64,000 bases of DNA from Candidatus Obscuribacterales bacterium (GTDB lineage Bacteria; Cyanobacteriota; Vampirovibrionia; Obscuribacterales; Obscuribacteraceae): the NCBI GenBank assembly GCA_965228855.1, contig CBDDIJ010000005.1, positions 1-64,000 on the forward strand, given 5' to 3'. Position 1 is the first letter of the stretch. Each line of letters starts with the position of its first letter. The notes beneath the pieces were generated by a model, which saw only the letters and a program-made list of their open reading frames with translations, was not told where the DNA came from and did no database searches. Made by a program: the position numbers and the translations under genes. This document shows positions 57,181 through 64,000 of this stretch, in pieces.

Positions 57181-57774
57181 ATGAGCAGCGACGTTAACAA
57201 GGCATTCAAAGAAACTTTGAGTAACTGGGCCTATATGGATATGGCACCACCGGATGTACTCGAAATGTCTCATCCACTTTTTTGCGAGAAACTCGGCGTT
57301 GATCCAAATGCGTTCTCATTTAAGTCATATGCACAACCTGGCGAATCGAAAGACTGGTATCAAGCTCCGTTCGAATTTCCGGATGTGATTGAAGGAACGA
57401 TGTACCTTTATCTCCCATCGCGATGGACAAGCGATATGAAACAGAGCAACGTCGCTCAAGTTCTCGAAGGTTCACGCGTAAGACAGACGTTGATTCTGGC
57501 AAGCAAAGAGGATTGGAAAAAATCACTCAACGACTTTTTCGATATCGGCGAAACCGCGGCTTTCGCGTACTATCCCGTTCATTTACCCTATTACGATCAG
57601 TGGGTTGCATGTGTAGACATGCAAGAAAAAATTTGGATCTATACGTTCTACGGCGCTGGTGATTGGATTTTGATATCCAAAGGCGATGCCGGTGGACGCA
57701 ACACGCTGGGATTGCAGATCACCTCATCGGTGCATTCAAGTCCGTGGTACAGCTGGATCGCAAGCGCACAATAG
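57181..57774 (+). CDS. Hypothetical protein
   Basis: 197-aa ORF, aromatic-rich, no recognised motif. Confidence 0.8.
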   Translation: MSSDVNKAFKETLSNWAYMDMAPPDVLEMSHPLFCEKLGVDPNAFSFKSYAQPGESKDWYQAPFEFPDVIEGTMYLYLPSRWTSDMKQSNVAQVLEGSRVRQTLILASKEDWKKSLNDFFDIGETAAFAYYPVHLPYYDQWVACVDMQEKIWIYTFYGAGDWILISKGDAGGRNTLGLQITSSVHSSPWYSWIASAQ

Positions 57775-57802
57775 TTCATTCATCCGATGGAAAACTGAAT
57801 CG

Positions 57803-58474
57803 ATGCAAGGAACGAATTCGGCCAGCAATTTTAGTTTCATCTACCTACACGGTTTCGCATCAGGACCGCAGTCGACTAAAGCTCGCTATTTCAATGAAAA
57901 ACTGACTGCATGTGGTATCACTCCAGCGATACCGGATATGAATACTCCATCATTCACTGACATGACCCTGACGTCGCAAATCGATCACGTCGGAGAGAAA
58001 TTGATCAAAGACAACTGCGTGATGATCGGATCCAGCATGGGAGGTCTTGTCGCAACTTTGACTGCGACTCGTTTTCCTGCGGTGAAAGCATTGATTCTTC
58101 TTGCGCCCGGTTTTGGAATCGAAAGACGTTGGAACGATCTCGTCGATCAAGATAAACGCAGTGCCTGGAAGCATCATGGAGTTCTTGATGTCTTTCATTA
58201 TGCATCGCAGAAAAACGAACCACTCTCATATAAATTTGTCGAAGATCTCGAATCGTATTCAACGCGAAACATTCAGGTGACTATTCCCACGCTGATACTT
58301 CACGGAAAAAACGATGAAGTCGTGCCAGTAGGCGAAAGCAAAAATTTCGCACAACAAAATCCTGCACACGTGAAATTGATTGAATTGGAAGACGGGCATG
58401 AGTTGATCCAATCGCTGCCGACAATCTGGAGCGCTTCGGAGAAGTTTCTGCGAGAGCACAATCTGATCAACTGA
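57803..58474 (+). CDS. YqiA/YcfP-family alpha/beta esterase
   Basis: YLHGFASGPQSTKA, GSSMGG, LLAPGF, HGKNDEVVP, DGH; start ATG 57803. Confidence 0.93.
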   Translation: MQGTNSASNFSFIYLHGFASGPQSTKARYFNEKLTACGITPAIPDMNTPSFTDMTLTSQIDHVGEKLIKDNCVMIGSSMGGLVATLTATRFPAVKALILLAPGFGIERRWNDLVDQDKRSAWKHHGVLDVFHYASQKNEPLSYKFVEDLESYSTRNIQVTIPTLILHGKNDEVVPVGESKNFAQQNPAHVKLIELEDGHELIQSLPTIWSASEKFLREHNLIN

Positions 58475-58491
58475 TCATAATTCGATAAAAA

Positions 58492-58526
58492 CAAAGGAAC
58501 CTCGGAGGTCTTCCGAGGTTCCTTTG
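58492..58526. terminator. Bidirectional terminator hairpin
   Basis: Perfect 15-bp stem CAAAGGAACCTCGGA/TCCGAGGTTCCTTTG between convergent genes. Confidence 0.9.
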
Positions 58527-58548
58527 AATGTTTCCTTCAGGACCCTAA

Positions 58549-59241
58549 TTAAGCGTTGTCTGCTGACGGCGCATCGTTAGTGGTCACCGGCGCTGCCTTA
58601 CGGGTTGCGCCTTTTTTCTTTCCGCCTTTTTTAGCTGCGGGCTTCTTAGCTGTCGACTTCTTAGCTGTTGCTTTCTTCTTGGTGGTAGCGCCAGCCTTTT
58701 TGGCGGCTGGTTTCTTAGCTGTCGACTTTTTAGCTCCGGTCTTTTTCGCTGCGGGCTTTTTAGCTGCTGCTTTTTTCTTTGGAGCTGCTTTCTTTGCTGC
58801 GGGCTTTTTAGCTGCTGCTTTTTTCTTTGGAGCTGCTTTCTTCGCTGCGGGCTTTTTAGCTGCTGCTTTTTTCTTTGGAGCTGCTTTTTTCGCTGCGGGC
58901 TTTTTAGCTGCTGCTTTTTTCTTTGGAGCTGCTTTTTTCGCTGCGGGCTTTTTAGCTGCTGCTTTTTTGGTAGCGGGCTTTTTAGCTGCTGGCTTTTTCT
59001 TAGCGGCTGCTTTCTTTGCTGCAGGTTTTTTAGCTGCAGTTTTTTTGGCTGCAGGTTTTTTAGCTGCCGATTTCTTCTTAGCTGCTGCTTTCTTCTTAGC
59101 CGGTTTCTTAGCGGCTGGTTTTGCATCTCCACCAGCTGTTGCTGCACGTTTAGGTGCTGCGCCAGCTGCCTTTTCTACAGTAGTTTCAGAAACGGTACCT
59201 GGTATTTTCCGTTCTTCGCTACCTTTTTCTTTGGTTGCCAT
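58549..59241 (-). CDS. Histone H1-like K/A/P-rich protein
   Basis: KKPAA repeats; 16-aa unit KKAAAKKPAAKKAAPK x4; GGAGG RBS. Confidence 0.9.
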   Translation of the reverse strand: MATKEKGSEERKIPGTVSETTVEKAAGAAPKRAATAGGDAKPAAKKPAKKKAAAKKKSAAKKPAAKKTAAKKPAAKKAAAKKKPAAKKPATKKAAAKKPAAKKAAPKKKAAAKKPAAKKAAPKKKAAAKKPAAKKAAPKKKAAAKKPAAKKAAPKKKAAAKKPAAKKTGAKKSTAKKPAAKKAGATTKKKATAKKSTAKKPAAKKGGKKKGATRKAAPVTTNDAPSADNA

Positions 59242-59650
59242 TCTTTTTTTCCTCCCGGTATTACTTGGTGGAGTTCAAAAAACGTTTGGTAAAAACATCT
59301 CAGACTTACTGTGAATGCAGTTTTCAATCGTTTGCTGTTGCCACCACTTTTGAATAGCGCAATCTTTTTTTGCACTACTCAATCACACCACACGTTGATA
59401 CATTACTTTCATTTAGAAAAAAATGCAATATATAGATCAAAATCAACTTGTGATTACGAAATTTTTTTGTCACATCGATCGGATTTTTGATCTCGAACCA
59501 ATGCACGAAAACAGATCGTCAACCTACTACTCGCCTCCGCTGATTTCGCGAAAACACATACCCATCAAGCTTTTGCAGACTCGCGATCGAGTCAGTCGCA
59601 ACTCGGATTGATCCGAAAGGCGATCGAGCAAAAGGATCTTGTTTGTAAAC

Positions 59651-60646
59651 TCATATGGCCGTCCATGCACCACCGACGAAACCGAATGCAGATCTGAAAG
59701 ACTCGTTCTGAATTTGTTTCAACTCGCTAAAATCAATCACATCATGATCGATCAGTCGTTCGTACTCACCAGGCAAAGTACACGGTGATGGATTACGTCC
59801 AGGGTTGTCTGTGCAAACAGCAATTGCAACGCCGGCTTCGCGACATCTTTCAAACACGACTCGAAGTTCTGAAAAGTCTTTCAATACTCCCGTCTGCCGA
59901 TAACTCGTAGGGCAGACTTCAAGCGTAATTTGTTTTCTAGCCAACTCTTTCAACATCTCCGGTTTGACCAGAGGAATGTGAATGCCATGACCTATTCGAT
60001 CGAGGACGTTGAAGTATTGAGGGAAAACATTTTCAATGCCGGTCTCGCCGAGGTGACAGGTTGTTTTGAGACCACACGCCCTCGCCTTACCGAGAAGAGA
60101 AACCCACTCCTCGAATTTCTCCGGATTGATCTCAGGCCCGGCAAGATCGATCCCGACGACCGGACCCAAGTTGTCTTGCGCGCATTTTAGAATTGCCTCG
60201 TTGATTTCGAGAGGCAACCGTCGATCGAGACAGAGGATTTGTTTCACGACGATCGGGTAATCAGAAGGACGTACATTCGCCGAAATTACTTCAACGATTC
60301 CGTTCATCTGACCGAGTCGCTTCTCCGTCGAATCTTTGTGGTTGGTTCGGAAAAATGGGTTGTATCGTAACTCCATGTACTGAAGATTTTCGAAGGTGTA
60401 GGCACCGCGGCACAGTCGCACACAGAAGTAGGGCAGGTGCTCAACGCTCTGCAACTCTTCGACAAGTGAGTGGATCTTCACAAACTCTTCCAGCGTTCTG
60501 CACGGTCTGGTGAACCAATTGTAGAAACCATCGTAATCAGGGAAATATTGCAAGGTAGCATGATCGTGCCTTTGCAAAAATTTGTAGATAATCCGAGGAT
60601 GCAGTGCGCCACCAAGATGTCTGTGCAAATCTGCATACAATGCCAT
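59651..60646 (-). CDS. Adenosine deaminase-family protein
   Basis: DLHRHLGG, ELRYNP, GIDLAGPE, HLGE, RIGHG, EVCPTS, TDNP. Confidence 0.93.
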   Translation of the reverse strand: MALYADLHRHLGGALHPRIIYKFLQRHDHATLQYFPDYDGFYNWFTRPCRTLEEFVKIHSLVEELQSVEHLPYFCVRLCRGAYTFENLQYMELRYNPFFRTNHKDSTEKRLGQMNGIVEVISANVRPSDYPIVVKQILCLDRRLPLEINEAILKCAQDNLGPVVGIDLAGPEINPEKFEEWVSLLGKARACGLKTTCHLGETGIENVFPQYFNVLDRIGHGIHIPLVKPEMLKELARKQITLEVCPTSYRQTGVLKDFSELRVVFERCREAGVAIAVCTDNPGRNPSPCTLPGEYERLIDHDVIDFSELKQIQNESFRSAFGFVGGAWTAI

Positions 60647-60781
60647 GTGTGTTCTCTCCTAAGCTTCCAAGAAATTTCTTCCCGAATACAACGATTTCTG
60701 AACGCGAAATCAATACATCAGAGTATACGCCTGCAAGGCAACGTGCCTGTTAGATTTGCCGACGGTTTCAGTTGCAAACAG

Positions 60782-61522
60782 ATGCGGTATATATCAAGCA
60801 CGTTCGAGTTATCAGACCATAGCGACGGCGCTGTGAGGCTAAACAGAATTATTCGCTCGAGAAGACACACAAAATTAGTCCTGGGCAAATTTGCTATTTG
60901 CCTCTCCATCGCTTCTCTCTGCTCCGTCATTAGCGAGAAAGAAACTTTCGCCGATGGTGACCCTATAGTTCGCATAGACACGACCAAAGGACCGATTTTC
61001 TGTCGTGTGTTTCGTTCTGCGGTACCGATGACATCAAGCAATTTTCTAGAAATTGCATCGACGGGATTCTACAGCGGCAAAATTTTTCATCGCATCGAAA
61101 ACTGGTGTATCCAGGGTGGCGATCCGAATGGAAATGGCACAGGTGCATACACCGATCCGAATACGGGTGCACCTCGTTACATAAACCTGGAGATAAATCG
61201 CAACTTGCATCACACCGGTGGCACACTCGCGATGGCAAGATCGAATGCCCCCAATTCTGCAAGCTGCCAGTTCTACATCACCAAGTGTCCGATGTATCAG
61301 CTCGACGGCAAGTACGCAATCTTCGGTCAAGTGGTCGGCGGAATGAATGCAGTCATGGCAATGCGTCGCGGGGATGTGATCCAGAATGTTTCAATCGTTC
61401 AATCGCAACCTCAACAACAGGGACAATCGGGCGGAAGCGGCCAACGCCAGCAGCAGCGCGGACGAAACACCCCGCAGGTTCCCTACGAACCACCTTCTGA
61501 AATTCCTGACAGCAACTTCTAA
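60782..61522 (+). CDS. Exported cyclophilin-type PPIase with Q-rich tail
   Basis: PMTSSNF, FHRIENWCIQGGDP, TLAMAR, SASCQFYI, LDGKYAIFGQV; start uncertain (ATG 60782 or GTG 60833). Confidence 0.92.
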   Translation: MRYISSTFELSDHSDGAVRLNRIIRSRRHTKLVLGKFAICLSIASLCSVISEKETFADGDPIVRIDTTKGPIFCRVFRSAVPMTSSNFLEIASTGFYSGKIFHRIENWCIQGGDPNGNGTGAYTDPNTGAPRYINLEINRNLHHTGGTLAMARSNAPNSASCQFYITKCPMYQLDGKYAIFGQVVGGMNAVMAMRRGDVIQNVSIVQSQPQQQGQSGGSGQRQQQRGRNTPQVPYEPPSEIPDSNF

Positions 61523-61555
61523 ACAACGAGATTGGAAACGCTTTGAGCCTATTGG

Positions 61556-62182
61556 TTAAAACTGACGCAATGCATGGGTGAGCGGATTCGAGCGTGACTG
61601 ATCGTCATCAAAACGACAGTCACGATTCAAAGCATCCTTCAATCGACGCACGTACTCACTTCTTGGAATATTGCGTGCGCTAAAAGTCCCCAGGTGCTCC
61701 GTCATGTATTGAGAATCAAGAAGTGTGAAATTTCTCTCCTTCATTCGCTCGACGAGATAGACGAGACTAACTTTCGAAGCATCTGTCTCAACGTGAAACA
61801 TGCTTTCTCCCATGAAGGCACCACCGACCGCGACACCATACAAGCCACCAGCGAGTTGACCCTTATAGAACGCTTCGACCGAATGCGCAAAACCCATCTC
61901 GTGAAGTTCTGTGTAGACTCGAATGATCTCATCGGTGATCCACGTGCTGTCACGCTTGGCGCACATACGAATTACATCGTCCCAAGCCGTGTTGACTCTC
62001 ATGTCGAACTTACCGCTCCTGAATGTTCGCATCAATCGCCTGGAAGCGTGAAAGTCTTCCAAATCGATAATGCAGCGAGGGTCAGGCGAATACCAGTAGA
62101 TCGAACCATCATCATTGCCCATCGGAAAAATTGCCTGCGTGTAAGCGGCAAGAACAAGCTGAGCGGTGAATGGTTGATGCAC
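61556..62182 (-). CDS. aat: Leucyl/phenylalanyl-tRNA--protein transferase
   Basis: AY..AIFPM, WYSPDPR, TWI, AHSVE, GGLYGV, GESMF, DASKV. Confidence 0.96.
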   Translation of the reverse strand: MHQPFTAQLVLAAYTQAIFPMGNDDGSIYWYSPDPRCIIDLEDFHASRRLMRTFRSGKFDMRVNTAWDDVIRMCAKRDSTWITDEIIRVYTELHEMGFAHSVEAFYKGQLAGGLYGVAVGGAFMGESMFHVETDASKVSLVYLVERMKERNFTLLDSQYMTEHLGTFSARNIPRSEYVRRLKDALNRDCRFDDDQSRSNPLTHALRQF

Positions 62183-62254
62183 GGAAATTGGTTGCGAACC
62201 GTCTGACGTTGATTGAAACTTATCGGGTTTCTCGAATAGTAATTCAGCCTACGC

Positions 62255-62680
62255 TCAATTCTTACCCGTTTTCGTCGCTGATGACTTCACTATTGTTTTG
62301 GCTGTACCATTGAGCGACGGAGATGAAGGATTGGAAGCGCCGGAAGTAGTGGGTGTCAGACTCCTGAGATAGGCGATCAAATCTTTCATTTGCTCCTCAC
62401 TGATTACATCCTTTCCGAATGCAGGCATACTTGCACCCGGAACACCTTTGCGAATCAGCTTCTCGATCTTCTCGTCATTCGGATATCTCTTCGCAAAAGA
62501 TTCACCCTTCAATGGTCGACTGGGATGAACCGAATTGCCGCCGCCTCGATGGCAATCCACACAGGTAAGACTTTCAAAGATCTCTTGACCCTTCTTCGCG
62601 TCTCCCCTGGTCGAAGACAATGTTGGCGTCGCCATAAATAGCGAAACGATTACCAGAGTTGTGTATGCAAATTTCTTCAT
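62255..62680 (-). CDS. Monoheme class I c-type cytochrome (c6-like)
   Basis: Signal peptide, GQEIF...CVDCHRGGGN, MPAFG; start 62680 or 62725. Confidence 0.9.
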   Translation of the reverse strand: MKKFAYTTLVIVSLFMATPTLSSTRGDAKKGQEIFESLTCVDCHRGGGNSVHPSRPLKGESFAKRYPNDEKIEKLIRKGVPGASMPAFGKDVISEEQMKDLIAYLRSLTPTTSGASNPSSPSLNGTAKTIVKSSATKTGKN

Positions 62681-62766
62681 CGACTTACGTGTAGTTGAAA
62701 CGGCATCTGTACGAGCCAAATTCATCTTAGCGAAATTCGATAGACTTTGCAGCTCTGTATTGCGCT

Positions 62767-63303
62767 TCAGGCAAGCAGATTCGGTTTATAAACCTTGAAT
62801 GAGTATTCGATGCCGTTCTCGCTCTGAATCTCAGAACTGGTTAGTAGTTGAAAGAATTGCTTGTAGTCCGGGAAAAATGTGTCACAGTCAAAACGATGGC
62901 GTACTTCCGTCAGATAAAGCAATCCGATTCGATGATCTTGAAGGGCCTGGTTATAGATTTCGGCACCGCCGATGATGAAGACTTGTTCTACCGGTCCTTT
63001 CTCCAGGTGCTCGAATGCTTCGTCCAGAGATGCGAACCGAAACACTCCATCAGGAACGTAATATGTTTCATTGCGTGAAAGCACGACGTTGTACCTTCCG
63101 GATAGTGGACGAAAATTGGGCGGAATAGACTCCCAGGTTTTCCGTCCCATGATCACTGCGTTATATTTTCCGGGCGCGGTTGTTTCGGTCGTAATCTGCT
63201 TAAAGTATTTAAGGTCGCCGGAGAGCCGCCAGGGAAGCTGGTTATTCTTTCCGATCCCGCGATTCAAATCGCAGGCGACAACAATGTTGAAACGTTCATT
63301 CAT
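62767..63303 (-). CDS. folA: Dihydrofolate reductase
   Basis: GIG..NQLPW, DLKYFK, VIMGRKTWESI, RPLSGR, IIGGAEIY, CDTFFP. Confidence 0.97.
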   Translation of the reverse strand: MNERFNIVVACDLNRGIGKNNQLPWRLSGDLKYFKQITTETTAPGKYNAVIMGRKTWESIPPNFRPLSGRYNVVLSRNETYYVPDGVFRFASLDEAFEHLEKGPVEQVFIIGGAEIYNQALQDHRIGLLYLTEVRHRFDCDTFFPDYKQFFQLLTSSEIQSENGIEYSFKVYKPNLLA

Positions 63304-63326
63304 CTCTGCGGCTATTCCAGATTGTT

Positions 63327-64000
63327 CTAAACCGACACCGGGAATTTGATGAAACCCTGATGCACGTAATCGTGCAGTTGGAAATCCTCATATTGCAGAT
63401 CGAACAAAGGTTTCTTCGCAATCTCAACTCGCGGCAACGAACCAGGTGTTCGCGCTAACTGTTTTTCCAATCCTTCCAGGTGATCGAGATAAATATGAGC
63501 GTCACCAAATGTGTGCGTAAAAATTCCGGGAGTTAGATTGCATTCGTTTGCCACCATCATCAGAAGCAGCGCGTAGCTTGCGATGTTAAAAGGCACTCCC
63601 AATGCCATGTCCGCCGAACGTTGATAAAGCTGAAGATCGAGGCGGCCTGTTTGTGAAACGTAAAATTGAAACATCATATGACAAGGAGGCAAAGCCATCT
63701 TATCGATATCAGATACGTTCCACGCATTTACAATCAATCGACGCGAGTCGGGGTTAGTCTTGATTTGATCGATCACATTTTGAATTTGATCGATGTGACC
63801 TTTCTTATACGAATCAGAACCGAGGTCATATTCGAATTTCGGCCACTTGCGCCACTGATATCCATATATAGGTCCGAGTTCGCCATTCTCATCCGCCCAC
63901 GCATTCCAGATTGGCGTGTACTGTGCAAGATCGTCATTGATGTTTGTCGAGCCACGCAAAAACCAGAGTAGTTCGCGCAACACACCATCGAATTTCACTT
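63327..64000 (-). CDS. thyA: Thymidylate synthase (5' end outside window)
   Basis: [44 protein letters not shown]. Confidence 0.97.
   Translation of the reverse strand, partial: VKFDGVLRELLWFLRGSTNINDDLAQYTPIWNAWADENGELGPIYGYQWRKWPKFEYDLGSDSYKKGHIDQIQNVIDQIKTNPDSRRLIVNAWNVSDIDKMALPPCHMMFQFYVSQTGRLDLQLYQRSADMALGVPFNIASYALLLMMVANECNLTPGIFTHTFGDAHIYLDHLEGLEKQLARTPGSLPRVEIAKKPLFDLQYEDFQLHDYVHQGFIKFPVSV

Noticed and set aside
58556..59314. 252-aa hydrophobic (AAGFLA) ORF resembling a membrane protein
   Set aside because: Antisense shadow of the Lys/Ala-rich H1-like gene
60470..60781. N-terminal extension of the third cyclophilin in the ORF track
   Set aside because: Overlaps the divergent deaminase gene and its promoter; the signal-like segment begins further downstream

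Overview
Gene-dense bacterial chromosomal window. Cyanobacteria-like housekeeping genes (FurA-type fur, radical SAM-rne pair, 6S-like RNA, cytochrome c6-like protein) with no photosynthesis genes and many long low-complexity proteins suggest a non-photosynthetic Cyanobacteriota relative (Vampirovibrionia/Melainabacteria, Obscuribacterales-like; this is inference). Recognisable genes: uvrA, fur, feoA, rne, ymdB-type phosphoesterase, hsp20, ftsEX, dciA-like, aroE, tonB-exbB-exbD, sppA, miaA, pncB, spoIID-like, tlyA, aat, folA, thyA (partial) and three cyclophilins. The best candidate system is a three-gene MNIO (DUF692) RiPP cluster at 54566-56826. Its secreted precursor carries four KE[GS]SCK heptads, a variant of the EGKCG motif, and sits behind a motif-rich promoter region. 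Other highlights: a structurally non-canonical tRNA-Ser(UGA); a non-coding array of alternating 22-bp repeats next to twin palindromes; a membrane protein that appears to contain a split, catalytically dead trypsin fold; a protein with nine L[RH]SPLL-type motifs; a fur-feoA-Cys-rich operon without feoB; and a >982-codon ORF missing from the ORF track because it runs off the left edge. No transposase, integrase, cas gene or true CRISPR array was seen. All family calls come from motif recognition by eye, not database searches.
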